DNA from: the human T2T-CHM13v2.0 reference genome, Homo sapiens
DNA: 64,000 nucleotides
Assembly: GCF_009914755.1 (NCBI RefSeq)
Contig: NC_060932.1
Reading direction: 5' to 3' (one strand)
How positions within the stretch are numbered: position 1 is the stretch's first letter; every line of letters begins with the position of its first letter. A model generated the notes under the pieces. It saw only the letters and a program-made list of their open reading frames with translations, was not told the origin of the DNA and did no database searches. Position numbers and translations under genes: made by a program. Positions 31,176-44,800 of the stretch are shown in pieces.

Positions 31176-33092
31176 AGGCAAATATCATATATTGTGCGTG
31201 TATGTGTGTGCATGTATGTGCACACATGTACATATACAGACGTAAACGCTTTTCCCTACATAATGTCTCCATACAACGCAGTTGATAACTGCAGCAGAGA
31301 CTGATAGGAGATGTAGCAAAAGAAAGCAAAGCAGTGGGTCCTCCATGGCTGGAACATAAACGGAAGGGATTTTAATCACTGCCTACTCACACATAATTGT
31401 TGCGGGAAAGCCTTTGAGACTTGTTGAAGGGGAGATTCTAGAGAGGGGAGCCATAGGCTCACTCTAGGTGACAGGTCCTGTAGTGATGGAGACCTTAATG
31501 TCTGCCCGTACTTGGCGAAGGTGGAGCGCTCTATCTACACTGTAAAAATCTGTTAAAAAGTGTGCTGGTAGCAGGAGAGAATTAACCAAATAAATGTGGT
31601 ATATCTGATCTTATGTATTAAAATAATATATATGGTTTTGGTTTTTTTGAGGGAGACGTGGCTTGTAAAAACAGGTTTAAACATTGAACAACTGACAATG
31701 TTTACTGACTATGAATTTCATGCAGGCTATTGTACTATGTGCAGGGGAGGGGTACAAAGGAAATGGAAGTCATGGCCCATGTACTTGAGGAATTTACAGG
31801 CTAATAGATTACATACACATGCTAGGGAATAGGCAACATGTTGGCTGACAGCCAGCTGGAGATCTGTTTGCTCGTTCACTCTATCTTCCTATATTTTCTG
31901 AGCGGTATCTCACACCAGAATAAGCAGGCCAGTTTCAAAGAGCTCTTCTTCAATTAGATGAGTATTCTTGTGTCTTTTATCATAAATACCAGACCACTTA
32001 GAGATTAGGCATGGGTTTACATGGGCAGAAAGAGATGAGTGAAATACTTTTTGAGTAAATTAAATCAGTGTGGATTATCACTCTGGGTGCTATTGATTTT
32101 TCACCACTCTCTCTTACTATTCCCAGATCTATAAAGATCCCCCATAAGTCAGGTTTCTGCCAGAAACAGGTAACTTTAATTTCACAGTTTATTTTGCTCA
32201 CACAACTATTGCTCAAGTCCCTGATGGGGTTTGTGGGCCGGAGGCCACTATCCCAGGCTGCTTCATTGAGGACAGGCCTGGGCTTCTGCTCTCCTGGGGA
32301 GCACAGTCTTTTTCTTAAGGGGAGGGATCTTTCCTGGGAGGAGAGGAAAATCTCCATATATGAAGTGGAGTCTTGAAGCCCTACATAACTCAGGGTACTG
32401 CCATTCTTCACCTTTGTTAAACAGGGGGAAAACCCACCCAACTCAGCTACTGAAGAATTCCTTCAGACGTCCCCTGTCTGTTTCCTCCCCACTCTTACCC
32501 GATGCTGACCCTAGGTAATAACTGATTAGTCAGGAGAGGTATAGGAAGGGTCCTGCAGGGCAAATGCCTCTGCCTCCCATACTGCAGCACCAGAACCATG
32601 GGGCCTTCGCAGAGCAGGGTCACTGGGCAGCAAGAGCTTTTAAACATATTTGGTTATTTTTGTTTGAACTCATGTTGGAGGAAAAGACCCAAGTGAAATA
32701 ACATAATACCTATTCAGGTTAACACTGGCTGAAACTCTTTTTATTTTTAGCATGCGAATTCCTTCATTTCCCAGGTTTCCTGTAATGGCTGAACTTTTAG
32801 TGTAAGCTGATCAGTTCTCAAAAAGCTAACTGAAAAATAATCTGAAATAGAGCTCCTTTTCAAATAAACTAACAAGGACTTTTGGGCAAAGGTACTTACT
32901 TCATTTCATTTTAGTTAAATAGTGTTCTGTTTTTAAATAGAGGTGGGCTTGTGAAAAAAGCTGATTTACTGATTTCCTGGCCCTCCACAAAGTACCATTA
33001 CATGCATTATCTCATTAAAATCTCATAGGAAAACCCTTGGAATAAGCACTTCTTAAAAATCTCTATGTATGAAGAAATGAGATCTGAAAGAC

Positions 33093-33448
33093 TATCTTAG
33101 TCTATTTTGTCCTGCTGTAACAGGATACTACAGGCTTGGTAATTTATAAAGAACATAACTTTATTTCCTCAGTTCTAGAGGCTGTGAAGTCCAATATCAA
33201 GGTGCCAGCCTCTGGTGAGGGCCTTCTTGCTGCATCAAGCCATGGTGGGATGGCAAAGAGAGAATGAGGGAGAGCAAGAGATTGAACTCACAACCTCAGG
33301 GTCTTTAATAAATTGGCATTAACCCATTCATGAGGGTGGATGCCTCAAGACCTAAATACCTCCTATTAGGCCTCACCTCCCAACACTGTTGCACTGGAGA
33401 TTAAGTTGTCAACACATGCTTTTTGGGAGGCACATTCAAACCATAGCA
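33093..33448 (-). mobile_element. MST-family MaLR solo LTR inserted in a MIR
   Basis: ggtaatttataaagaac and cattcaaaccatagca termini; TSD aagac / aagat. Confidence 0.88.
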
Positions 33449-33922
33449 AAGATCTTAGAGCAAACTGCCAAGGTTACAAAGCTGGTACATCTAGGGGCCA
33501 GAACCTGAATCTAGGGCCACATACTCTGAGGTTGGTTCTTAATGCTCACAAAGCTAATGCTTTAAGTGGGGCCAATTAATGAGGTGGTAGCATAAGGATA
33601 GCTCAGGAATTAGTTGGTCATTTAGTTCTCCCCATCCTCCTTCTCTACTCAAGTTTCAAACCAAAATATATTTGGGGTGTATCTGATGTATATTTTTGTT
33701 CCCAAAAATTTCTAGTTGTCTAGCAGATGTATATATATATATTTTTTTTCTTCTTTTTTTTCATCAGGTCATGATATGTTGTTCTTAGTACATGAAGGAA
33801 TCCTGTGTGTTGTGCAGTTTCTCTTGAGATACTAGCTTTGTATTCTCATCCAGTCAGTCAGGGCCTACAGCCAGGTGATGCAGTAAAACCAAGGATGTGC
33901 ATAGTGCTCATTTGGAGGTGAG

Positions 33923-34295
33923 CGCTATGAACTGAATGATGTCCCCTTCAGATTCCTATGCTGAAGCCCTAACTCTCACTGGGATGGTGTTTGAAGGTGA
34001 GGCCTTTAGAGAGGTAAGTAGACTTAGATAATGTCCTGAGGCTGGAGCCCTCAGGTGCTATTAGAGCCCTCAGAAGACAGACATTGGAAAGCTTGCTTCC
34101 TGTCTGTACTTGCCACCATGTGAGGATGCAACAAAAAGATGACTGCCTGCAAACTAGGAAGAGACCCTTTGCCGGACATCAAATCTGTTGCCATCTTGAT
34201 CTTCCCAGCCCCCAGAACTGTGAGAAATAAGTGTTTGTTGTTTAAACCACCCAGTCCATAGCAATTTGTTATAGCAGCAGAAACTGACCAAGACA
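33923..34295 (+). mobile_element. MLT1A-like MaLR LTR, followed by MIR (~34300-34480)
   Basis: ccagaactgtgagaaataag...ttgttatagcagc...gaccaagaca. Confidence 0.85.
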
Positions 34296-35299
34296 GCCCA
34301 TAGATGGATTTGGTTCAGCTATTCATTAGCCATGTGACTCAAAGTATTTAATTTACCTGACCTCTGTTTCTTCACCTGTTAAGTGGGGGATAACAACACT
34401 TACTAAAAGAGTCATTATAATAAAATAATATAGGGAGGTGTGTTGGAAATGACCAATGTCACTGCAGGCAGTAGTTGTTATTGCAATGTTACTATGAATC
34501 AAATCTGACCTCATCCCCAAAGAACCATCATCATGATCTCTAGCTTTGATCTGGACAAATTTCAACCTTGAATCTTGGTAGAATCAAACCAAAGTTGGGA
34601 AAGGAACAGGGGTGCAGAAAGAAAACATTTCTACTTGCTTTACCTTCCCACTTTCATGATACAGACTGTAATTACAACTGGGAAGGTTATTAGTAAATAT
34701 CATTTGGTGATACTTAGTATATTTTGTTATTGCTCCTTAGAGGCCCAACTGTAATACTCTGCAATACATTCTTGTTGGCTCATTGGGATTTCATTTTTTT
34801 CCTACTACTTGTATATGGATAAGAACCTAAATCAAAGCATAGAAAAGTCAGATGGGCTGTTTTGAAATCCATGTAGTTAGAAATTCCTTTATTCTCAAAA
34901 TGAAGACTTTTCTAGATCATTGGTTAATAGAGATAGGGCCTTTGAGTATTTTGAACAGTTTGAAGAAAATCAGCTGTATAAATTTAGTTTCCCCCAACAA
35001 AACAGATTTGCTCGGTTTTCCATATAAATCCATTCCCACAAGAGCTAATTTCTTGTTTCTCCACGGTACCAGAAATTGTGCTATAGATAAAATCAAAATG
35101 AGATTTTTATCCTTTCAGTTGTTGTTCAGTATACATGTGTTCAAGGGTTTTCTAAAAATAAAGCTCCTTGAATCCATGCACATACTTTTATGTCTGGAGA
35201 GTGGAGCCAGTGTTTAGCAGTATTTGGTCTGTAGGAGAGGAGGCAGGTATCACCTTCATGTCACCTTCAAGTGGCTGTAATATGCTTGTGAAAACTCAC

Positions 35300-35454
35300 C
35301 TGCCATCAGATGGCAAGTACAAGGCAAAACGCCAGCATCATTGTAGGCCTCTTTGGGGTTCTAAGAAACAATACAGGGTACATTTAAGACAGACGCCTAA
35401 AATACTGGTATGTTCTTCTCAGGAAGTTATAAGAATCTGTAAAGTCTCAGTACA
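35300..35454 (-). ncRNA. Candidate internal exon of a divergent non-coding transcript
   Basis: - strand acceptor ttgttttattttttaatcAG and consensus donor CAG|GTGAGT; stops in all three frames. Confidence 0.35.
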
Positions 35455-36239
35455 CTGATTAAAAAATAAAACAACCCACTGTTCTGCTCTATACTTGCAG
35501 GCCTCCATGTCTCAGCTCTAAGACTAGGCCTTGTGATGCCTGCCTTCACTCAGGTCGCTCAGGCTTCTGTGACCCCCAGGTCTTTCTTCTCTTGTCAGTG
35601 AAGAACCCATCATAGCCCCAGAGCCCTGTGAGGGTAGTCCTGTGTGAATCCAGTGGCCTCCAGCATCTTTGCCTCCTTTGGCCAGGATCTTGGCCATGGC
35701 TGACATTTCCAAGCCTGCCATCTCCTGCAGTATATTCAGCACATAAGATGAGCCAGATGCGCACTATACAACACTGTTGCATAACCTGGCCTTTCCTCTG
35801 CCTGTGACCCCCGTGTCCCCACCATGAGGTCCTGGAGTTGGTTCAATTAATTGTAGACAGCATACTATAAATTGTATGAGATGCTCATTGGCAGACACTG
35901 TGAAGGTTTTCTTTGGGGTTGCTATTTATTTGCGTGAACATGCTGGAGGTATAAAACTGCCTGTGTGTGCACACTGTGTGAGCGAGGCCAGGGCCGCCAC
36001 TCTCTGGGGCTCCTTCTGGTTCTGGATAGGTCCTTGTTGGGACTCTCAGCAAGCTCATCTGGCCCAGCCCACACAGTTCCAGTAACATGACGAGCAGCCT
36101 CCTGGCCAAATTCCTCCTGTGCCACAAGGAACAGTTACCTCCTCTCAGTACCCCACCCCCTCTTGTAAAAGTAGGTCCAGAGGCAGTTGTGTGAGGAGTG
36201 CTATAAAGAGCCTGGGTTGTATCCTGCAGGCAGCAACAT

Positions 36240-37090
36240 CGCGGTTCAGGAAGGTATTTTATGCGGAGGATGGCTCCCTCCAGGACCAGGAGAACTGGTG
36301 GAGGGAGAGAGACCCCCAGGCAGCTGGCCCCCTGGTGAAGCCCCAAGCTTCCCCCGCCCCCGCAGACACCCGGCGCCCTTCAGTCTCAGGCGGAGCGGAC
36401 CCGGGTGTCTGACTCGGGCGGGGGCGGGGTGCTGACGTCAGCCCGCGCGCATGAGCTCTGGCCAGCGGCTGGGCGGAGCCAGGTGGGCGGGGCGGCTCCT
36501 GCTCCGGGGTGCTAGCCGCTAGGCGGCTAGTGATGGATAGCTGGGCTTGAGCCCCGCCAGGCCGCCGAGTCCACCCTGGCGTCCGGGGGCTGGCAGGCCG
36601 GCCCTCCACAAACAGCGGCCTCCCGCCCAGGCCGGCCACCCGCCACCGGCCTGGTCTGCTCACGTCCCCTGGACCCGCGGGCCAGCCAAGGAGCCGCTGC
36701 CCTTGGCACCTGTTCTCCGTGCCTGCAAACAGACAAGGCCCTGCACTTTTCTCCTCACGTGTTTCAGGGACTGGTCTGTCTCCTAATTCTCCCAGCTCTG
36801 GTTCTCCCAATTAATTGCAAACAGTGTATTGAAAAAGGCATGCTGGGACTGCCGAGCAGGGTTTTCCGCGGAGGGAGGAGCGGTTCCCTGCTGGCGATGC
36901 CCGCGGAGGCCAGCCCCTCCCGGAGGCTCGGGAGGAGGGTTTTGGGGAGGAGCGCCATGCAGACGCAGCCAGGACTGAGAACGGCTTCCGGGCCTTCATT
37001 CCCACCAGCATCGCCTTCTCTCCACGCATCTGTTTTCATTTTCTTAGTATTTAAACTTGATTCCGCCCCCACCTCCGTGTCCTCCCACCA
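36240..37090. promoter_or_regulatory. CpG island promoter (gene not identified)
   Basis: Sharp rise in GC and CpG; GC boxes at 36352-36361, 36421-36429, 36485-36493; full CRE TGACGTCA 36433-36440; NRF1-like GCGCATGAGC; repeat-free. Confidence 0.85.
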
Positions 37091-39763
37091 CTCCCATGAA
37101 AGACAGAAGATGGATTTCATCTGTGTCCTGAAAGAGGGCAGAGAACACGCAGTGACTGGATACCCTAGGGAATGCGAAGTGCAAACTGTCGCCTGGGCTG
37201 TCTCTGGAGAAAAGTAAAGGAATGTAACAAGTTTTCATTAAGAATCCAACTGAAAGCATCATCATTTTTCCCCGCTTAAACACGCTTTACCAATGACATG
37301 TGAGACCTATGAACTAGAAGTTTCTCAGATCTATTGCCTTTTCCCCCCTTCATTTAAACTTTAACACCGATAAGCTGTGGGATCATGAGACACTCATTCC
37401 ATCTCTTTGTACCTCAGTATTTGGATGTTTAGAAATGGCACAACCCTATTTACTTCACATGTTTCGTGTACATAATCCGATATACCACCCACATTGTCCT
37501 AGTATAGTTTCTAAAAGTGGGCAGCAAAAAAATTTGCACAACATTGTCAAAATGTTCTCTTTAAATTGGGTAAATGAGTGTTAGAAGACTCATTTGGGTT
37601 TTCTAACCGTCCCGGTGGCTGCCCCCGACCCCCAACATACCTGAGGTCTCCAAGTACACAGTCATGTCCCTTCCCACTCACAGTCTCACAGTTTGGGGGC
37701 AGCTGTATTTTATTTAAATACTTTTAAGCTACACTTCAAACTAAAGGGATTAAGCACTAAGGTCAAATTGGAGTCTTTCCGGTAGGGTGACAATGATTCG
37801 AACTTTCATCATTTTATATCATGGAGATTTCCTAATCTCCCCACTCCAAGAGAAGCCTACATGGAAAAAGAGTCCTTTCCCCTCTATTCCTATAAAATTC
37901 ACTACTCCTCAAATTCCTATCAGATGGCCTTGTTGACTTAGGACCACTTAGCAGGAAACTTGTCCTGTGCTTACTCCTTGAGAAGAGCTTGGGTCTTGTT
38001 TCCACTGCACTGTGGGGTGGAAGGAAAAACCGTGTAGCTAGAAGCTTCTTGGCAGCAAGAAGTGGGTATCGTGGCCGGGTGGTGAGCTTCTTCCCAGAGT
38101 TGTTTCAGAAGGTATTTTACTTTTTCTTCAGAGCTACTGTAATGCCTTTGACATGGCACTTCAGTAGGACTTCAAATATTATTGGGGTTAAATCTGCTAA
38201 AAACACAAAGAGCTTTGTTATTTTCACTTGAATATACTCTTCAAAGTTTCATTTGATGAGATAAATTCTAAATTGCCTAATGCAATTACCTAATATAAAC
38301 TGACAAAAAATAAAAAGGAGTGAAAAATTTCAGTTTGTGTACTTATATGATTGTATAAATATTCTAATTATTTTACCATTTAATTAGTTTTCATGGTGTG
38401 TTAGATGTTATACAGACATACACAATATAAACAACACTTGGAAAACATATGAAATGACCTATTTCACCATAGGGATTTAAAATGAAAATTAGTTTTCTTT
38501 GAATCCATTTTTGATTCATTTGAAAAGCTGTGTACCAAAGGGCACAAAAAGATAACAGAATCTAAAGTCAATCCCTCATGAAATATCTAGGTTAGCTCAG
38601 TCTCACAAATCAAACCTCATGTTCAGTGTGGCTGCTCAGTAAACCCCGTAAAAATGGAAACCAACAATGAGAATTGCCCCCCAACCACTCTCTTCTTCCT
38701 CTTCCTCCTTCTTTGTATTAAGTAATATTCAAATAATATTTGAAACCATCAGCCGCTTCTTTGGCCATGGGTAACTGGCAGGAAAGCAGAATGAACCATT
38801 TCAGAGCTAGAGAAGAAAACACTCCTTGACCCTCTTTCATTGTCATCTAAAGAAGCGAGCCATTGAAAGTATCCATGTAGTGTCAAGAGCTGCCTACCTG
38901 CAGGGCTGCTCACTGACGGCTGGGGCCCCAGGGGTCCACCCCATTCCCACCATCTTCAGAATTCCCCCGGGGCTGTGGATAATCTCTCTCCTGGCCTTCC
39001 ATTGTGAACACTGGAGAGGCTAAAGTTGTTATCAATGCAGCACCTTCACTGGAACTTTGAATGGACAAGGAGAGAAGATTCAGAACCACAGGGAAAGTAA
39101 GCAATGTGAACATTCTCAATGGGAAGGCTGTTTTCAACGGGCACTGGGTGACCCTTGCATTGATAGAAGTGGGGCACAGTATGCTGTTTGTGGAGAAGAA
39201 ACACTGTACCTTTATTCAGAGCTTGGAAGGTTAAGAGGCCTGAGATTTATGGAAACAAGGAGGGATTTTAAAAAGAAGAAACTTCCTCTTGCCTGGCTGC
39301 AGGTGCAGGGGCAGTGGGGCCTCTCCTCCCTAGTGGGGCGAAGAGACCTGCCTCCTGGAAGTCACTGTGAGGTAATGTTCTGGTCTGCAGAACCTCATCT
39401 GACCCTCTGTGTATTGGGATCAAGGCCCAGGGAGGAGGTGAAAGCTCCATTTGGGGAGAGCAGGCTTGCTGTCCAGAAATAGAGCTGGGATATGGAGTGG
39501 AGCATTTGAAAGGTTCTAGGATCCCAGTGGATAAGCCTTAAAGTGCTATGTTCTGGATTATAGCAGTCTCTTGAATGCTCTTCTGGGTCTCTGTGTCTCA
39601 GTTGAACTTCACAACAGTAAAAAGCTGCCTGTGATAGTGGAATCAAATAATGACTGTACCCAGAGTTGCTTGGATAAGTTAGTAAATCTCCCTGAGCTGG
39701 ATTTGGTGTGAGATTGCTCAGGTTTCAACACTGGCACTAGCTCTGCAATCTTGAGTAAGGCAT

Positions 39764-40118
39764 TGTATTAGTCCATTGTCACGCTGCTGATAAAGACATA
39801 CCTGAGACTGGGAAGAAAAAGAGGTTTAATTGGACTTACAGTTCCACATGGCTGGGGAGGCCTCAGAATCACTTTGGGAGGTGAAAGGCACTTCCTATAT
39901 GGCAGCAGCAAGAGAAAATGAGGAAGATGCAAAAGCGGAAACCCCCGATAAAACTGTCACATCCCGTGAGACTTGTTCACTACCACGAGAAAAATATGCG
40001 AGACACTGCCCCCATGATTCAAATAATCTCCCACCGGGTCCCTCCCACAACACTTGGGAATTATGGGAGTACAGTTCAAGATGAGATTTAGGTGGGGACA
40101 CAGAGGTAAACCATATCA
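39764..40118 (-). mobile_element. THE1A-like solo LTR inserted in a MIR
   Basis: gaggaagatgcaaaagcggaaacccc diagnostic; TSD GGCAT at 39759-39763 and 40119-40123. Confidence 0.93.
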
Positions 40119-41624
40119 GGCATTCAACCCCTCTGCACCTTAATTTCTTGCCTATAACATGGACATAGTAAAGTACCTGCCTCATTTGGTGGCTGTGAGG
40201 GTTAAATGAGAAAACGCTTGTGATTTAGTTATAATTCTTGCTTGCCAACATTGTAGATGACCACTGGCTTTCCAAAGCAGGGATGAGCTTATGAGAAGGC
40301 AACCATCGCATGACTGAGGAAGTAGGTTTAACAATGAGCAAGAGCCAAAGCAGCTGGACCTTGACCATTTCTCATCCCTCATGGGTAGTCCACTGCTGCT
40401 GCAGGGGAGACTGGCCAACTGTTTCTGAAATGAAACCATTTCTTCACGAGTCAATGGCCCATCTGAATGGTAGGATGCAAGCCACCAGAGGGTGTGCTGA
40501 GGGAAAGTGGGACTCATTCCTTACCTCCACTCCTCAATAGGATGGGGATTTAGATGCTGCACTACTAGTTAATGGAAAATGTGCCCTAAGACACATAAAG
40601 TGTGTAGGATAATGCTTGGTGCGGGGCCAGCACTCCCTACAAGCCAGTTGTGACAATGATTCATTTTTACATTTCATGAGTAGTTATGACAATATCTGCC
40701 TGGAAAGGCATAATTATAGCAAAGACCTAGTCCAGTACCTGGCAAATAATACACGCCCAACATGTGCTAGCTGATGTTGTTACAATATAGTATAGATAAT
40801 CAAAGTTTACAGATGCATTAAAATATTTTAGTCTGATCTGTAGCTTCAGTGCCCTTTTCCACTAATATCATTTTTAAAAATTAATATAAAAGAGCAAATT
40901 AGCCGCAGTTCCTCTCCCTGGTTTACTTTTCTACTTCGCCATCAACACCTCCTTGTGCCATCCCAGCTTTATAGGAGGGAAAACATTTGCTTAAAGCTGA
41001 GTTTTCTCTGAAAAACAAATTCTAATAAAAAATGGCCACATGACACAGAAAGTAGCATTTACTCATTTCCGTTTTATTTTCTAAATCTCAGGCAAATGCT
41101 TATTTTTAACTTAGAGCAATGTATACTGTCTTGGAAAAAATGCACATGATATAACTTCATAGATTTTTCTCAAAAGGTAGAGCTGTGTGTGTTAGTGATC
41201 CTCTTAGGTTTTATTTTATTTTTTAGTCACATCAGCATTGTGTGTAGGTCCTCTTAGATTTTAGATGAGAACAAATTAATGATTAAGGATTTCAGGTATT
41301 TAATATATGTCTTTAGCTCCCTGGGAAAAATGTAACCTGTTCCAGGCAGGGATTAGGATCTAGAGGAGAGAAAATGCATTTGGTGTGTGCTTTCCTTTCT
41401 CCCTCTGAGAGGGCCTGTGTGTTTCCATATAAGGAAACTGCACATTTGCAAGGTACGTCTGCTGCAAAATTTCCATAGTGATCTGTACTTTCTATTCCTC
41501 CTGTGCTTATTTAATGTTATTTGCATTTGTTTAGTTTCTGAATTCTCCCTTGTGGGACCCATGAGGGCAGGAGATGTTGGTATTTTGTGTGCCAGGGTAC
41601 CCCAGGCCCTCCAGTGGATTCGTG

Positions 41625-41830
41625 CTTAGGCTTCTGAGCCAGGTGACCTGGGTGAGGTGTCACATTTGCTGCTTCCTTGCTATGTTGTGTGTGCCAGTGG
41701 CTTCACAGCTCCGAGTCTCAGTTTCTTCATATGTAAAACTGGGGTAAAAATGTCATCTACCTCATAAGGACATGAAGAATGGGAGGGAATGCCTGCAAAC
41801 TACCCAGGATACTGGAAGGCCTGAAATAAA
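41625..41830 (+). mobile_element. MIR
   Basis: gagtctcagtttcttcatatgtaaaactgggg MIR core. Confidence 0.7.
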
Positions 41831-44800
41831 TGCCAGCCAGGAGCTAGCAAGGCCCATGAGCTCAGGAAGTGCTTGGCGACTGGCTGAGTTGCAGATAGGC
41901 TGTCCAGCAGTGAATGGATCCACCTACCCCAAAGATGGAAAACTTTAGAATCATTCAAGACAAACTAAAATAGCAAGGCCATTTGCAAGAGGCCATTAGA
42001 GACACAAACCTTAAAGGCTCGGGCTTTAGGATGCATGTTGGAAGCAAAACAATGGAAAACATGAGAAGATCCTTGTGAAATGTCCAGGTTTGGAGACTGG
42101 TGTTGACTTAGAAAAGCTGACTTGGAAAGCATTTTCCACTCGGGCAGGGGTTTGTTTATAGTGCTCACCTGAAAGCAAGCCAGCAGTTCGAATGGTTTTG
42201 AATGATCCTAAACACCTTGGGGGACTTGGGAAGGGGATTTCTGCACACTGGCAGTAACATGGCACCAAAGAGGGTGAGGATCTTAAACAGAGAAAGCTGG
42301 CGCTCTTTGTGCTCCGCCCGGCACCTGCTCACTCTGGTGAGATGGCTTTCGGGTGGTGGGCGCTGCTTTTTCAAAAGGGAGTTAGGTGAAGATAAACATA
42401 CAGTGAGGGAACAGACACGTTGGATTTCTGTGCACATCCCACCCCTCATCCTTTTAACAGTGTGTAACCATTTTAAGACCCTAATTAAGGTTTTACAAGT
42501 CAATGTGCTTGACTCTGAAGCTCCGGGAAAGAATGCAGCTGTCCATGGGTAAACCCAGGTCGCCACGCTCACGATTGTATTTCTCAGCTGCGGGGCCCTG
42601 CCCAGGCTTCTTTGAACACACATGCCATTTTCCATTGAAATCAAAGCTGCTGAGAGAGTTGGACTGATAGACAAGGGCCTCAGTTACACAGCTTTACCTG
42701 TGGCCAATAGCACAGTAAAGTTGCAAAGTAGAGCAGGTGGAAATTGGCTGTCTAGGCTGGACATTTCCCATGTCCATGGATCCCCTGGGCCACCTAGCTG
42801 TGCTTGTGAGCCCTGGCAACCTTGCCCATCCCTTTCACAGGTGCTTCGTGGGCTTGGTCTGCCTGAGGGTCTGGGTCTCCCATCTTCCTGTGACTTGCTC
42901 CTGTAACTGAGTATTGTTTGCCAGGTTAAATGAGATGCTTCTGCAGCTGGCTTAGTGCCAGTATTTTTCACTGTTGCCTCTGCATTGGCACTGCAAGAAG
43001 AAGTAAGCCTTGGGCTTCTGAATATCCATGCTAGAAGGGCAAAACTTGACTGACCTATGTTTATAAGTGGTCTGATGGTTAGGAATGTGCTATGGACAAG
43101 GCTTTTGGGGGAGGGAGAAGGGATGATAATACGTTGGCAACATTAAAGATGGCACCTTCATGGAACAAAATCCAGGGGGAGACCACAATATTGACCACAG
43201 TGGGCCTGACCGCAGACCACAGTCCAATAATAGACCAGTCACCACTTCCTGAACACAGTGGCTCTGTTTGCTGTGACCATGGAAAGGGGGAAGCTGGAGC
43301 AAAAGTAGGAATCTCCCAGCTTTTGCCTGTGTGGAACACTGGGGATTTGGGGGCTCTGCCCAAATTGGGCTTCAGATATTTCACGGCAGCAGCTGTTCCT
43401 GCATGGCAGAGACAACAGGAAAGCACTCTCTGGCCCACACTCTGCAGCTATAACCCAGGAAAAGAAGGGCACAGCCAGAGGACTTATAAAGAACCGTCAA
43501 ATTATTTTTCCTTTGTCGTAAAAACATGTCTTCTCTGTGTTTCATTCTAATCTGAAATTAGTCTATGGAACACACTGATGCAACTCCCCATTTACACGTG
43601 GGTTATCAGGGCGCTAGGCTGCTCTTGAAGAGTCTACTCATCCATTGTAGCATAATGAAAGCATTCCTTATCTATTATCACCTAGGCACTAATTCAGTGT
43701 CTCTGTGCAATTAGATTTGGCTTCAAATGGGATTCATTTCTCAGCAGGATTACTCAGTGAATTACTTTATTGTCTCTTTGTTCCCATAGTGGGGTCCTTT
43801 CATACAAGCACAGGGGGAAATGTTGCTTCTGGGCAAATCCCAGCACAGAGGGCCAGGAAGTGACTGATGGTGTCCTCTGGGCCTTGGTTGTCAGGGCTAG
43901 TTCCTTTCCTACTGTTTGGCAGCAAAGAGTTATGAAGAAGAATCCAAAGCTGGTTGCTTTTAATTAAAGAAAATCCCAAAATATGTTGGATGTGGAAATT
44001 CATGCTCCATAGTGAGCACTTTCTTTCACTCTGAAAATCTAACCACCCCATTGGGCTCTTGAGCTCCACAGAACTTTCCTCTTCTCGTTGTAAGAAAGTG
44101 TGAGCAGCAAACATTCTTTTTCAATTGGAGACAGAGAGCATTGTTAAGAATATAACTGTGGTTCGCAAACACCTGCTCACCCTCCCACATCATGCGTGCA
44201 CGTACAAGTAAATTTTTCAGCAGGTACAAGTCTATTTCCCAATTGCTTTAACAGGTAAAAACTGGCAGAATTTCCTGGCAGAACACGTACTTTAATTGTC
44301 CTTCTAGCTGATACCTGTTCTGAGTTGCTCCAAGTAGATTCATTATAAAGTCCTCTTATGACCATTCAGCTATGAAGCATTCCAGTGGACTTGCTTTGAA
44401 AGCTCAGTGGTTGCACAGACCATATAGAACGAACTGGAGAAATACAGAGTTGAAAGACGTTTCCCAACCACCCTGGGCAGAACAGGTGTATGCAAAGGTG
44501 ACCCTGACTCCCAGGAGACAGTGCCTCCGGGAGCTGCAAGTCAGAGCATGCGGCAGAGTTTTCAGGAGTGAGGTGTAAAATTCCAAAGATTTGGGTTCAG
44601 TTCAGATAAGCACCCACATGTTTGGGTCTTTAGCAGAAACCTGTCTGAAATGTCTCCAACAGCCTGTTAAAACAGACTGGAAATCTTGCAGCAGCTCCAT
44701 CCCTCCTGAGGTTTTTGGTACTTCCTGTAAGACTCAGCCCAGAATAGCCTTTCCATGTCTGAGCCAAAGATGGAAAAGTAATGAAACAGCCTTCTCACTT

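Noticed and set aside
36119-37217. Overlapping ORFs across the CpG island
   Set aside because: Pro/Gly/Arg-rich ORFs in all frames are expected from high GC; no protein recognised
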